DNA of 64,000 nt, taken from Patescibacteria group bacterium. GTDB lineage: Bacteria > Patescibacteriota > Microgenomatia > UBA12405. Positions within the stretch are counted from its first letter, which is position 1; each line of letters opens with the position of its first letter. The DNA is taken from positions 2,447 to 66,446 of the forward strand of contig JBMNON010000004.1 of NCBI GenBank assembly GCA_050943115.1, read 5' to 3'. The position numbers were made by a program, and so were the translations under genes. Below, in pieces: positions 48,970 to 59,180 of the stretch. The notes beneath the pieces were generated by a model. It worked only from the letters and a program-made list of their open reading frames with translations. It searched no databases and had not been told where the DNA came from.

Positions 48970-49236
48970 ATGTCTAAAGAAAGCGTAAATACTTGCCAGG
49001 ATTGTGTTTTATTTTTACCAATCGAAGACACCAAACCGATAAAATATCTTCGGGCCAAATTAAAAGACTGTTCCCCTTGGAGAACCCAGCTTGATAATTC
49101 TCAAACCGGTTTATGCCAGAGTATGGCAAGATTAGTTATCGTTAACAGGAGTGGAAGGGCAGTTGTTGAATGTCCGGCGGTGTTGTCCACAGCCCCCTCT
49201 TGTGAAAACTTTCTTCCAAGAAGACGGGAAGAATAA
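48970..49236 (+). CDS. Small Cys-containing hypothetical protein (88 aa).
   Basis: ORF abuts the upstream gene (stop/start adjacent). Six Cys including a CxxC. Could be spurious. Confidence 0.3.
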   Translation: MSKESVNTCQDCVLFLPIEDTKPIKYLRAKLKDCSPWRTQLDNSQTGLCQSMARLVIVNRSGRAVVECPAVLSTAPSCENFLPRRREE

Positions 49237-49241
49237 ATTTG

Positions 49242-49250
49242 TGTTATAAT
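49242..49250 (+). promoter_or_regulatory. Extended -10 promoter element TGTTATAAT upstream of rpsO-pnp.
   Basis: TGnTATAAT read directly, 77 nt upstream of the rpsO ATG; no strong -35. Confidence 0.4.
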
Positions 49251-49327
49251 CTACCTCGTAGCTATCAGGTCGGTGTTTCGGAAGCCAAGCCGGAGCATTA
49301 TTAATTACCGACAAATAGCCCTAAACA

Positions 49328-49597
49328 ATGGCATTAACTAAAGAAGAAAAAAAAGGTATTATCGATAAGCACGCCCAAGCTAAGGGTGACACCGGTTCAC
49401 CTGAAATTCAGGTAGCCATATTAAGTAAGGAAATTGAAAAACTCCAAGGTCATCTTTTGGAAAACAAACACGATTCCCCTGCAAAAAGAGGTTTGCTAAG
49501 TAAGATCGCAAAAAGGCGAAGACTCCTAAGATATTTGTCTGAGCATAACCAGGATCGGTACGGTAAACTGATAAAGGATCTGGGTTTGAAAAAGTAA
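49328..49597 (+). CDS. rpsO: 30S ribosomal protein S15.
   Basis: MALTKEEKKGIIDKH...GDTGSPEIQVAILSKEI..L..HL..NKHDSPAKRGLL matches S15; 89 aa. Confidence 0.9.
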   Translation: MALTKEEKKGIIDKHAQAKGDTGSPEIQVAILSKEIEKLQGHLLENKHDSPAKRGLLSKIAKRRRLLRYLSEHNQDRYGKLIKDLGLKK

Positions 49598-49610
49598 TTT
49601 AAGATCCTTT
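49573..49610 (+). terminator. Stem-loop AAAGGATCT...AGATCCTTT spanning the rpsO stop (rpsO terminator / RNase III-type processing site before pnp).
   Basis: 9-bp inverted repeat with a 20-nt loop. The position is analogous to the rpsO-pnp intercistronic hairpin of other bacteria. Confidence 0.4.
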
Positions 49611-49648
49611 AACTTTGTGTTAATTTATGAATTTTAAAAAGGTAAAAT

Positions 49649-51838
49649 ATGGTTATGACCAGTAACTCTTTTGATATAAAAATCGGCGACCAAATTATAA
49701 ATCTCGAAGCCAACAAGCTCGCCCCCCAAACTAATGCTTCAGTAGTAGCCACCTATGGTAATACCAAGGTATTAGCTACGGTTGTAATGGGCAGAACTGA
49801 CCAAAGCCGGGATTATTTCCCTCTTTCAGTAGAATTTGTTGACAAGCTTTACGCTGGTGGTTTGGTTAAGGGTGGTAAATGGGTTAAAAGAGAAGGCGGT
49901 CCTTCTGACAATGCTATCCTTTTTGGCCGGATTATTGACCGGTCTGTTCGTCCTCTCTTTCCGGACGGCTTTATGAACGAAGTTCAGATTGTCACCACCG
50001 TCCTCAGCAACGACAAGGAACATGATATAGTTTTGGCTGCTTTTACCGCAGCTTCAGCCGCCCTGGCCATTTCCGATATCCCCTTTAATTCTGCAGTATC
50101 TGCTGTCAGGGTTGGTCTGATCGAGGGTAAGATGGTAATTAACCCGGCACTCTCTCATCTTAGCCAATCCAGCCTGGATCTCCTTGTCTGTACGGGTCCG
50201 GCGGGTGTCAATATGATTGAGGCTGATGCTCAAATAGTCGACAACGAGGCTGTCCTTAATGCCATTGAAGTGGCCAAGGACACCGGCGAAGCAATTAACA
50301 AACAGATATTGGAATTTGCCCAAAAATACGGTAAGAAAAAAGTGGAGTTTATTCCGGTTCTTCCGCCCCAGGATCTAATTGAAGAACTCAATTCTAAGTA
50401 TCAGGAAGATATCAAAAAATTCCTTGAAAACGGTGTCGACGGTAACCACATGCAGGCCGAGCATGATTTGCTGGAGAAAATTACACAAGATTACAAAGCC
50501 AGGGTTGAGACCGAAGAAGAATTTACCAAACTTTTAACTGAATCATTCAACTACGTCATTAAAAAACATATTCGCCAGAGTACTCTCGATGGCCAGAGAT
50601 ATGACAAAAGGGCTTTTGATGAAATTCGTCCTCTTCAAATCGAAGCCGGGATTCTCCCTTCGGCTCATGGTTCAGCCCTGTTTCAAAGAGGTTTGACGCA
50701 GGCATTGACCATAACTACTCTAAGCTCTTTGGCGGAAAAACAGTACCTCCAGGATTCAACCGGAGAAACCACAAAACGATATATCCACTACTACTCTGCA
50801 ATGCCTTTTTCCACCGGTGAAGCCGGTCGATTTGGTCGTCCCGGCAGAAGGGAAGTCGGCCATGGGGCTCTAGCTGAGAAAGCCCTGGCTCCTGTTATCC
50901 CATCTGAGCAAGAGTTTCCCTATACCATTATTCTGACATCGGAAGTTCTTTCGCAAAACGGATCTTCTTCCATGGCTTCTACTTGCGGCTCAACTTTGAG
51001 CCTGATGGATGCCGGAGTCCCCATAAAAGATAAAGTAGCCGGAATTTCTATTGGTATGATGTCTGATGACAAGGATAACTATGTCCTTCTGACTGATATC
51101 GCCGGAGTCGAAGATCACAATGGCGATATGGATTTTAAAATAACCGGCACCCGCACCGGTATTACCGCCATTCAGCTTGATATCAAAAGAATGGGCTTGA
51201 CCATGGATATGATAAAAGCTACTTTTGAGGCAAGTACCAAAGCCAGATTTCACATCTTAGATGAAATGGAAAAAGTGTTGTCCTCACCCCGTCCTGAGTT
51301 ATCACCCAATGCTCCTAAAATTTCTATGGTTCGTGTCCCCGAAGAAAAAATTGGAGAGATTATCGGCAGTGGCGGAAAGACTATTAAAGGGCTTATGGAG
51401 AAATATGGAGTTGAGATCGAGGTCGACGATGAAGGCATTACCTCAATATCCTCTCTGGATCCGGCCAAAAACGAGGCTGCAGCTGAAGAAATTCGGGCTA
51501 TGATAAAAGAGGTGGAAATAGGAGAAGAGTATGCCGGAGTAGTTACCAGAGTTGAGAACTATGGCGCTTTTATTGAGTTCCTTCCCGGAAGAGAAGCCCT
51601 GCTTCATGTTTCCGAGATGTCCGGTGGTTTTATTGCCGACCCTTCGTCTATTATCAAAATAGGCGATAAAGTCGACGTCAAAATTTCCGGTTTCAATGAT
51701 AATCACCAAATAAAATTATCTGCTCCTCAATTTAAGGCTGATCATCCCGGTTCTCCCCAGCAACCCAGACCGGCATTTGATCGAAATCGGACAAGCTACG
51801 GTAGGCCTCCTTTCCGACCCAAAGACCGTCGCCGCTAA
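49649..51838 (+). CDS. pnp: Polyribonucleotide nucleotidyltransferase (PNPase).
   Basis: Two RNase PH domains, KH (GSGGKTIKGL) and S1 (GVVTRVENYGAFIEF) domains, basic C-terminal tail; 729 aa. Confidence 0.9.
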   Translation: MVMTSNSFDIKIGDQIINLEANKLAPQTNASVVATYGNTKVLATVVMGRTDQSRDYFPLSVEFVDKLYAGGLVKGGKWVKREGGPSDNAILFGRIIDRSVRPLFPDGFMNEVQIVTTVLSNDKEHDIVLAAFTAASAALAISDIPFNSAVSAVRVGLIEGKMVINPALSHLSQSSLDLLVCTGPAGVNMIEADAQIVDNEAVLNAIEVAKDTGEAINKQILEFAQKYGKKKVEFIPVLPPQDLIEELNSKYQEDIKKFLENGVDGNHMQAEHDLLEKITQDYKARVETEEEFTKLLTESFNYVIKKHIRQSTLDGQRYDKRAFDEIRPLQIEAGILPSAHGSALFQRGLTQALTITTLSSLAEKQYLQDSTGETTKRYIHYYSAMPFSTGEAGRFGRPGRREVGHGALAEKALAPVIPSEQEFPYTIILTSEVLSQNGSSSMASTCGSTLSLMDAGVPIKDKVAGISIGMMSDDKDNYVLLTDIAGVEDHNGDMDFKITGTRTGITAIQLDIKRMGLTMDMIKATFEASTKARFHILDEMEKVLSSPRPELSPNAPKISMVRVPEEKIGEIIGSGGKTIKGLMEKYGVEIEVDDEGITSISSLDPAKNEAAAEEIRAMIKEVEIGEEYAGVVTRVENYGAFIEFLPGREALLHVSEMSGGFIADPSSIIKIGDKVDVKISGFNDNHQIKLSAPQFKADHPGSPQQPRPAFDRNRTSYGRPPFRPKDRRR

Positions 51839-51853
51839 TGTATACTGATAATA

Positions 51854-52915
51854 ATGGATACCAAGGCTTTGACTGTAGACCAAGCTATAGTCAATCTAAA
51901 GGCTAAAACTAAAGACACAAACTTTCCTCCTGCTTTAGTTGACAAGCTCAATGAGCTTTTTGCCCAACTGGAAATAAATGCCAGATCCGAATCCAACTTT
52001 TGGCAAAATTTTCAATCGGCATCCCAGTACATCGATTGGTTAATTAGCCTTCCCTGGAATCAGGAAAGTAAGGATATCCTAGATCTTGACTATGCCAGGG
52101 AAAAACTTAATGAAAATCACTATGGCCTCGATGCTGTTAAGGAGAGAATCCTCGAATATATTTCGGTTCTAGCCTTGCAAAAAAACCGTACCCCCGACCA
52201 ACCTCTTAGGGCTCCAATTCTTCTTTTTGTAGGTTTAGTAGGTACCGGAAAAACTACCATGGCCAAATCAATTGCTGATGTTATGGGCCGCAAGCTTATA
52301 CGTATTCCTTTTGGCGGCTTGGGTGATCCTCATTACCTTAGAGGTCGATCAAAGTACTACCAGGATGCGCAACCTGGTCAAATTATCAAAGGATTAGCTT
52401 GGGCAAAAACAAGAAACCCGGTGATTCTTTTGGATGAAATTGACCGTGTTGCCGACGATGCTTTAAACACCATAATGGGTGTTCTGGTCGAATTGCTGGA
52501 TCCTGAACAGAACATGGCGTTCACTGATCACTACATTGATTATCCCTTCAATCTTTCCCAGTGCGTTTTTGTTGCTACCTGTAACAATACCAATCGAATT
52601 GCTACTGCTGTTATGGATCGTCTTGAAGTTATTCAGATGCCCTCATATACCGATGAGGAGAAAATCGCCATAGGCCGGGATTATATTTTGCCTTCAGCGA
52701 TTAAAGATGCCGGCTTAAAGCCTGGCGAACTTCTAATCGCACCTTCTATATGGCCACAGGTTGTCCGCCCCCTGGGTTTTGATGCCGGAGTTAGAACCTT
52801 GAAAAGGAACATTGAAGGACTCTGCCGAAAGACAGCTCGTCTTATTTTTGAGAACAAGACCAAGGCTGTGACGGTGGACGAATCCAATGTTAAACATTTT
52901 TTGCCTCAGTGGTAA
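51854..52915 (+). CDS. Lon-like AAA+ ATPase module only (no N-domain, no S16 peptidase domain).
   Basis: Near-colinear match to the LonA ATPase region: HYGLDAVKERILEY, Walker A GLVGTGKTT, IIKGL...NPVILLDEIDRV (Walker B), LLDPEQNMAFTDHY, VFVATCN, MDRLEVIQM, sensor-2 GVRTLKRNIEGLCRK. The ORF stops where the protease domain would begin and the next gene is a UDG. Confidence 0.7.
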   Translation: MDTKALTVDQAIVNLKAKTKDTNFPPALVDKLNELFAQLEINARSESNFWQNFQSASQYIDWLISLPWNQESKDILDLDYAREKLNENHYGLDAVKERILEYISVLALQKNRTPDQPLRAPILLFVGLVGTGKTTMAKSIADVMGRKLIRIPFGGLGDPHYLRGRSKYYQDAQPGQIIKGLAWAKTRNPVILLDEIDRVADDALNTIMGVLVELLDPEQNMAFTDHYIDYPFNLSQCVFVATCNNTNRIATAVMDRLEVIQMPSYTDEEKIAIGRDYILPSAIKDAGLKPGELLIAPSIWPQVVRPLGFDAGVRTLKRNIEGLCRKTARLIFENKTKAVTVDESNVKHFLPQW

Positions 52916-53487
52916 TGTCGCCAAAAGATAAAAAACTAAAATATATCGCTGATTTAGTAGCTCAATGCACTAAATGCCCTCTTTATAAAACAGCTACCAA
53001 TCCGGTTCCGGGGTCAGGAGATTCTAAAACAGAAATTGTCCTTATCGGCGAAGCCCCGGGCTTTTATGAAGATCAGCAGGGTTTGCCCTTTGTCGGTAAT
53101 TCTGGTAAACTACTTGATAGACTATTGGCAGACATCAAATTGAGTCGGGAAGAAGTTTTTATCTGTAACATCCTAAAACATCGACCTCCCAACAATCGCG
53201 ATCCGCTGCCAAACGAAATTAGGGCTTGTGTACCTTATTTGAAAGCCCAATTACAAGTTATCGAGCCGAAAGTTATAGTCACCCTGGGAAGATTCGCTCT
53301 TAATTATTTTTTCCCGCAGGATATGATTAGCCGGGTTCATGGACAAATTAAACAATTTGTGTGGCAGGAACAAAACCTGTCTATGATTCCTGTCTATCAT
53401 CCGTCAGCGGCACTACGAAGCACCTCCAACCTAAAAGCTCTGGAAGAAGACTTCCGGAAAATCGGCAAATATTTAAATAAAATTTAA
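52909..53487 (+). CDS. Uracil-DNA glycosylase, family 4 (Fe-S type).
   Basis: CTKCPLYKTATNPVPGSG, GEAPG.YED..GLPFVG.SGKLL, HPSAAL; 192 aa. Confidence 0.8.
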   Translation: MVMSPKDKKLKYIADLVAQCTKCPLYKTATNPVPGSGDSKTEIVLIGEAPGFYEDQQGLPFVGNSGKLLDRLLADIKLSREEVFICNILKHRPPNNRDPLPNEIRACVPYLKAQLQVIEPKVIVTLGRFALNYFFPQDMISRVHGQIKQFVWQEQNLSMIPVYHPSAALRSTSNLKALEEDFRKIGKYLNKI

Positions 53488-53489
53488 TT

Positions 53490-55259
53490 ATGGAAAGAAA
53501 ACAAAGAAAACCAAAACAAAAAGGACAGGACCAAGTCCAGCAAAACTTTTACAATAACCCGGTCAGGCAGTATAAAAACCCCTATGACTCTGTCAGGATC
53601 GCCTCGTTGGGAAGCTTTGGTGATGTCACCCAAAACATGTTCGTTTATGAATTCATCCCTAACGGCGATTACAACAAGAGTCAAATAATAATTGTAGATG
53701 CCGGTGTCGGCTTTCCTGAGGAAGACGCTTTCGGGGTGGATCTTCAGATACCAGACACCCAATATCTTCAGGACAAAAAAGACAGAATACTGGGAATACT
53801 TATCACTCACGGCCACGAAGATCATATTGGTGCTATCCGCTTTATTCTACCGATTCTTGGGAAAAATATCCCTATTTATGCACCAAAACTTGCAGCTGCT
53901 TTTATTGAATCCAGGCTTACTGAAAGTAGCTTGAGGGCAAATATGCACATTTATGATGGCAGGGAACAAATCAAATTGGGTCCTTTCACGGTTGACCCTG
54001 TTCGGGTCACTCACTCTATACCAGATACTTTTCATCTTGCCATTAATACCTCAATCGGTGTCTTTTATCACGGATCGGATTTTAAATTTGATGTTTTCCC
54101 GCTTGATAATAAACCTTCAGACATGAGAAAAATAGCCCATGTAGGCGATAAAAATGTAGTATGTTTACTTTCAGATAGCTTAGGCTCTGATCATGAAGGT
54201 TTTTCTCCCTCGGAACGTTCAATTGCCGAAAACTTTAAAAGGGAAATTGTCTCTGCCCCCGGACGGGTATTTGTCACCTCGATTTCCAGCAACATTGTCC
54301 GTTGGAGTCAGGCCATAGAATATGCCAAAAGCGTCGGCCGCAAAATTGCCGTTGTCGGCTTTTCAATTGAAAAAGCTATTGGTATTGCGCGGGAGCTCAA
54401 CTACATTAACTTAACCGAAGCAGACATGATCCCAATTGAGAGGGCTAAAAATTTCCCGGACAACAAGATTATCTTTTTAGTTGCCGGTTTCGCCGGCCAG
54501 CCCGATTCGGCCCTCAGCAAAATTGTCATGGGCAAGCACCGCTTGAAAATTAAACCCGGGGACAAGGTAATATTTTCTTCCCCTGATTATATTCCCGGCA
54601 CTACCTCCGGCATATATGAAATGATTGATAATTTGGCACGTCAGGGTGCGGATGTCACATACGGAGAAAAAGAAGAACTCCATGTTTCCGGCCATGGATA
54701 TCAAAAAGAACACGCCATCCTGATTGATCTTCTCAAACCAAAATACCTTCTGCCTATTGGCGGCAACTTCCGGCATGTAAAAAGCTATGAAAGCATGGCC
54801 AAAAACCTGGGCTACAAGGAGGAACAAGTAATCAAACCGGACTATGACGCCACGGTCACTTTCCATGGCAACGGTAACTTTGATACCAATTTCCGCATAC
54901 CTTTAAAGAAGGTTTTAATTGACGGCTTGGGAATTGGTGACGTTGGCACTACTGTTCTTCGGGATAGAAAACTTCTAGCCGAAGACGGCATGATAACAAT
55001 TGTTATGCTTGTCGATTCCCAAACCGGCGAGCTGTATAAGGAGCCGGTAATTCTTAGTCGAGGCTTCGTCTTCGTAAAAGAAAGTTCGGATCTTCTTAAT
55101 TATCTGCGCCAGGAAGTTACTGGCAAGTTTAAGCAGGTCACCAGTAAACCAGCAAATTTCGATTATATCCGTGAGGAAATTCAGGGTTACATCGAAACAA
55201 TAATCCACCAAAAAACCGGCCGTGAGCCCATGGTTCTGCCCTTGGTAATTGAAGTCTAG
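53490..55259 (+). CDS. rnj: Ribonuclease J (metallo-beta-lactamase/beta-CASP).
   Basis: ILITHGHEDHIGAI (HxHxDH), beta-CASP motifs, C-terminal domain; 589 aa. Confidence 0.85.
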   Translation: MERKQRKPKQKGQDQVQQNFYNNPVRQYKNPYDSVRIASLGSFGDVTQNMFVYEFIPNGDYNKSQIIIVDAGVGFPEEDAFGVDLQIPDTQYLQDKKDRILGILITHGHEDHIGAIRFILPILGKNIPIYAPKLAAAFIESRLTESSLRANMHIYDGREQIKLGPFTVDPVRVTHSIPDTFHLAINTSIGVFYHGSDFKFDVFPLDNKPSDMRKIAHVGDKNVVCLLSDSLGSDHEGFSPSERSIAENFKREIVSAPGRVFVTSISSNIVRWSQAIEYAKSVGRKIAVVGFSIEKAIGIARELNYINLTEADMIPIERAKNFPDNKIIFLVAGFAGQPDSALSKIVMGKHRLKIKPGDKVIFSSPDYIPGTTSGIYEMIDNLARQGADVTYGEKEELHVSGHGYQKEHAILIDLLKPKYLLPIGGNFRHVKSYESMAKNLGYKEEQVIKPDYDATVTFHGNGNFDTNFRIPLKKVLIDGLGIGDVGTTVLRDRKLLAEDGMITIVMLVDSQTGELYKEPVILSRGFVFVKESSDLLNYLRQEVTGKFKQVTSKPANFDYIREEIQGYIETIIHQKTGREPMVLPLVIEV

Positions 55260-55277
55260 TTACCTTATAATAAGCTC

Positions 55278-56996
55278 ATGCTTTACAGCAAACTTTTTGG
55301 TAAAACCAGCAAGACCGTCAGTAGCCAGGCAGTTGTTACCAGCCACAAACTTCTCCTTCAAGGAGGTTTTATTAGGCCTCTTTCTGCCGGCAGATACACC
55401 TTCCTGCCACTTGGCTTTAAAGTTGCCCGAAAGATTGAGCAGATTATCCGTGAAGAAGTTGTCAAAACCGGAGCCCAGGAGTTAATAGTTCCCACACTTC
55501 ACCCCATCGAACTTTGGCAGAGGGCGAACCGCGATAAAAAATTCGGTTCCGCCATGATGCGCGTAAAAGATAGGAGCCAATCCGAGTTTACCCTTGGAGC
55601 CACTGCAGAAGTCATCATGATGGATTTAGTAAACCAATTCAATGTTACTTACAAAGATTTGCCAATTAACGTCTTCCAGTTTTCCCAAAAATTTCGTGAT
55701 GAAGCCAGACCGAGTGGCGGATTGCTTCGTACCCGGGAATTTGTCATGAAGGACGGTTATTCTTTTCATGAAAACGAAAAAGAACTAAAGAAAACTTACC
55801 GGCAGTACTGGGAAGCGTATGAGAGGATTGCCAAAAGACTCGGCCTTGATGTCCTTGTTGTCGAATCTGATAACGGCGCCATCGGCGGTGCCGTTTCTCA
55901 TGAATTTATGGTTGAAGCTGATGTCGGCGAAGATACCGTAGTAAAATGTTCCTGCGGCTATTCGGCCAATCTCGAAAGAGCCGAATTTATTAAAGAATCC
56001 AAAAATCTTAGCGATCAAAGTAAGCCTCTTTCCCGGATGGACGCTCTCCGGGGTTCCACCATGGAAGACGGAGTCAAGCTACACAATCTTCCCCTGTGGC
56101 AGCAGATAAAGGATGTCGTTTATGTCGACGAATCCGGTCGTTTTATTCTAGCCATAATTAGAGGCGACTTCATGGTCAACGAGACCAAACTGAAAAATTT
56201 GGTCAACTCGGTAGAACTCCGACACGCCGACGATGAAGAAATTAGAAACCAGCTTAAATCCGAACCCGGATTTATTTCTCCGGTTGGCATTAAGGAAAAT
56301 TTAGGCAATAATGTTAAGCTCATCATTGCTGCTGACGACTCGCTTCGTACCATTAAAAATGCCTACGGAGGATCGAATGAAAAAAATACGGACCTATTAA
56401 ATGTTAATATTGATCGCGACTTTAAACCCGACATTGAAGGAGACATCGCTCTAGCCCAAGAAGGTTACCTCTGTCCTAAATGTAAAAAACAGGTTCTCAC
56501 TGCAGTCAAAGCTGTTGAATTCGGTAACATATTTAACATAGGTTATACCTATTCAGAGCCCATGGATGGTACTTTCGTCGATGCTGAAGGCCAAAAAAAG
56601 CTGCTTTACATGGGTTCCTATGGAATCGGTATCGGTCGGGCCATGGCTACCATCGTCGAAAAACACCATGACGACAAGGGTATTATTTGGCCACGCTCCA
56701 TAGCTCCTTTTCAAATTCACCTTATAGGCCTTGACCTTTTTGAAGAATCCGTCAAAACCCAAGCCCAAAAGCTATATGAAAACCTTATAAGCAGGGGAAT
56801 TGATGTTCTCTACGATGATAGGGAAGAAGTATCGGCCGGCACCAAATTCAATGACGCTGACCTGCTCGGCATTCCCGTCCGCTTGGTAATTAGTAAAAAA
56901 AGTTTGGAAAATGGCGGAATAGAGTACAAAGAAAGAGACCAAAAAGAAACAGAAATTTTTTCAAAAACAAGCCTTACCGCCAAACTAAGCAAATAA
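55278..56996 (+). CDS. proS: Prolyl-tRNA synthetase (bacterial type with insertion/editing domain).
   Basis: Class II motifs (FRDE, GGAVSHEFM, GSYGIGIGR), C-terminal anticodon-binding domain; 572 aa. Confidence 0.9.
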   Translation: MLYSKLFGKTSKTVSSQAVVTSHKLLLQGGFIRPLSAGRYTFLPLGFKVARKIEQIIREEVVKTGAQELIVPTLHPIELWQRANRDKKFGSAMMRVKDRSQSEFTLGATAEVIMMDLVNQFNVTYKDLPINVFQFSQKFRDEARPSGGLLRTREFVMKDGYSFHENEKELKKTYRQYWEAYERIAKRLGLDVLVVESDNGAIGGAVSHEFMVEADVGEDTVVKCSCGYSANLERAEFIKESKNLSDQSKPLSRMDALRGSTMEDGVKLHNLPLWQQIKDVVYVDESGRFILAIIRGDFMVNETKLKNLVNSVELRHADDEEIRNQLKSEPGFISPVGIKENLGNNVKLIIAADDSLRTIKNAYGGSNEKNTDLLNVNIDRDFKPDIEGDIALAQEGYLCPKCKKQVLTAVKAVEFGNIFNIGYTYSEPMDGTFVDAEGQKKLLYMGSYGIGIGRAMATIVEKHHDDKGIIWPRSIAPFQIHLIGLDLFEESVKTQAQKLYENLISRGIDVLYDDREEVSAGTKFNDADLLGIPVRLVISKKSLENGGIEYKERDQKETEIFSKTSLTAKLSK

Positions 56997-57033
56997 GATA
57001 GAATTTGCATATTCTATGCTTTATACTTAATTC

Positions 57034-59175
57034 ATGGCTAAAAGAGGACGCAAAAAAAAATCTAGCGGAATCATCCCTCGTCTGAGATTGAAACCGTCTA
57101 CTGTCCAGTCAATATTTTTCATATTTTTCTTGATATTGGCAATTATTTCCATTTTTTCTTTTCTCCAAACTGGTCCTATTCCGACCCAATACAACCTCAT
57201 TCTTGGCAATCTTTTTGGATTCGGATCCATGTTTGTGCCCTTTCTGTTTCTTCTGATCGCCTTTCTTTTTGCCAAAATCAAGTCACCGCTGAAGGAGCCC
57301 AATGTTTTTCTTGGCTTTTCAATCATGTTTCTGTCAACTATTAGTCTCTTTAGGCAGGGTTTTGCCGGGGAATTTTTTTGGGAGCAGTTGACTATTCTCT
57401 TCGGTCCGGTACCGACTTTTCTCATCTATTTCTTTTCCTTTATTGTCGGTTTTGTAGTTCTCTTCGATACATCTGTTGCTCAGATTTTTAAGTTTTTAAA
57501 TAACACTTTTACTCTCATCAAAAAATACACTATTGGAAACCTACCCAAAGAAAAATCGACTAAAACCAAAAAGGAAATTGGCAGCATTTTTCAATCAGAG
57601 TTGCTGACTGAAAAGGATGATGATACCAAAAAGGAAACTAAATCCGACCCGGCAGTTGTTAACATACCCCCGGTTATCAAAACCCCCAATACCGGTCTTA
57701 ATGGCAACCCTCTTGGATCCTTAAGCAGTTCTGCAAATAAAATTTGGGAATATCCTAACATTTCAATTTTCGATGGCGCTCCCGGTGCAAAAGCTGACAG
57801 GGGAGATGTCCGCAAGAATGCCCAAATAATCGAGCAGACACTCGACTCCTTTGGCATTACTGCCCGAGTTGCCGAAGTCAACAACAGTCCGTCTGTTACT
57901 CAATATGCTCTCGAAGTTGCCCTGGGCACCAAATTAGCAAAAATCATTAGCCTAAGTAACGATTTGGCTATGGCTCTCGCTGCTCCCGGAGGCCAGATCC
58001 GGGTTGAGGCTCCGATACCGGGGCGTTCTTTGGTGGGTATTGAAGTCCCCAACAAATCTCTTGAAGTTGTACCTATCCGTCAAATTCTTGAGTCTGACAC
58101 GATGAAGCAGGCCAAAACAAAGATTACCGTGCCCCTTGGCAAAGACGTCTCCGGTCAGGCCAAGATCGCTGATATTTCCAAAATGCCCCATGTTCTGATT
58201 GCCGGTCAAACTGGTTCAGGAAAATCTGTTTGTGTTAACTCTTGGATTGCCACATTACTTTATAGGGCTTCGCCTGATGAAGTTAAACTGATATTAGTTG
58301 ACCCCAAAAGGGTAGAGCTGACACCTTACAATGGCATCCCGCACTTACTTACTCCTGTAATTGTTGAACCTGAAAAAGTTGTTTCTGCCCTAAAATGGGC
58401 TGTTGCTGAAATGGAAAACCGTTACAAAATGTTTACCGAGGTTGGGGCTAAAAACATTGAAGGTTACAATAACATGGCCGGATTCCAGTCCGTCCCCTAT
58501 ATTGTCATTGTCATTGACGAGTTAGCTGAGATTATGCTTTTCTCTCCGGCCGAAGTAGAGGATAATGTCTGCCGGCTTGCCCAAATGGCCCGTGCGGTTG
58601 GTATACATCTGGTTTTGGCCACCCAAAGACCTTCGGTCAATGTCATTACTGGTCTTATCAAGGCTAACATTCCCACACGGATTGCTTTTGCCGTTGCTTC
58701 AATGATGGACTCCAGAGTTATTCTCGATTCCCCCGGAGCGGAAAAACTGCTTGGTAGGGGAGACATGCTCTATATTCCGCCTGAGCTGGCTAAACCGGTC
58801 AGAATCCAAGGCTGCTTTGTCTCTGATCGGGAAATAAATAATTTAATTGATTACCTCAAGTCCCAAGGTGGCGATACTCAGTATAATGATTTAGTTACCA
58901 GTCAGCCGGTTGCCAGTCCTAATTCTATGAGTAAAAATGTTCTCTCTGTCGATGGCGAAGAAAGAGATTCAATGTTTGATGATGCGGTCAAACTCATCCA
59001 GGAAACAGGTAAGGCTTCTGCTTCGCTTCTTCAGCGTCGGCTTAAACTCGGTTATGCCAGAGCTGCCAGAGTATTGGATGAACTGGAGCAAGCCGGCATT
59101 GTCGGCCCTGCTAATGGTTCCAAGCCTCGTGATATTTTAGTGCCGCATAATTCTTCTGATTCCAGTAACGACTAA
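57034..59175 (+). CDS. ftsK: DNA translocase FtsK/SpoIIIE.
   Basis: N-terminal 4-5 TM helices, linker, motor domain with HVLIAGQTGSGKS (Walker A) and VIVIDELAEIM (Walker B), C-terminal gamma wHTH; 713 aa. Confidence 0.85.
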   Translation: MAKRGRKKKSSGIIPRLRLKPSTVQSIFFIFFLILAIISIFSFLQTGPIPTQYNLILGNLFGFGSMFVPFLFLLIAFLFAKIKSPLKEPNVFLGFSIMFLSTISLFRQGFAGEFFWEQLTILFGPVPTFLIYFFSFIVGFVVLFDTSVAQIFKFLNNTFTLIKKYTIGNLPKEKSTKTKKEIGSIFQSELLTEKDDDTKKETKSDPAVVNIPPVIKTPNTGLNGNPLGSLSSSANKIWEYPNISIFDGAPGAKADRGDVRKNAQIIEQTLDSFGITARVAEVNNSPSVTQYALEVALGTKLAKIISLSNDLAMALAAPGGQIRVEAPIPGRSLVGIEVPNKSLEVVPIRQILESDTMKQAKTKITVPLGKDVSGQAKIADISKMPHVLIAGQTGSGKSVCVNSWIATLLYRASPDEVKLILVDPKRVELTPYNGIPHLLTPVIVEPEKVVSALKWAVAEMENRYKMFTEVGAKNIEGYNNMAGFQSVPYIVIVIDELAEIMLFSPAEVEDNVCRLAQMARAVGIHLVLATQRPSVNVITGLIKANIPTRIAFAVASMMDSRVILDSPGAEKLLGRGDMLYIPPELAKPVRIQGCFVSDREINNLIDYLKSQGGDTQYNDLVTSQPVASPNSMSKNVLSVDGEERDSMFDDAVKLIQETGKASASLLQRRLKLGYARAARVLDELEQAGIVGPANGSKPRDILVPHNSSDSSND

Positions 59176-59180
59176 AGCTT

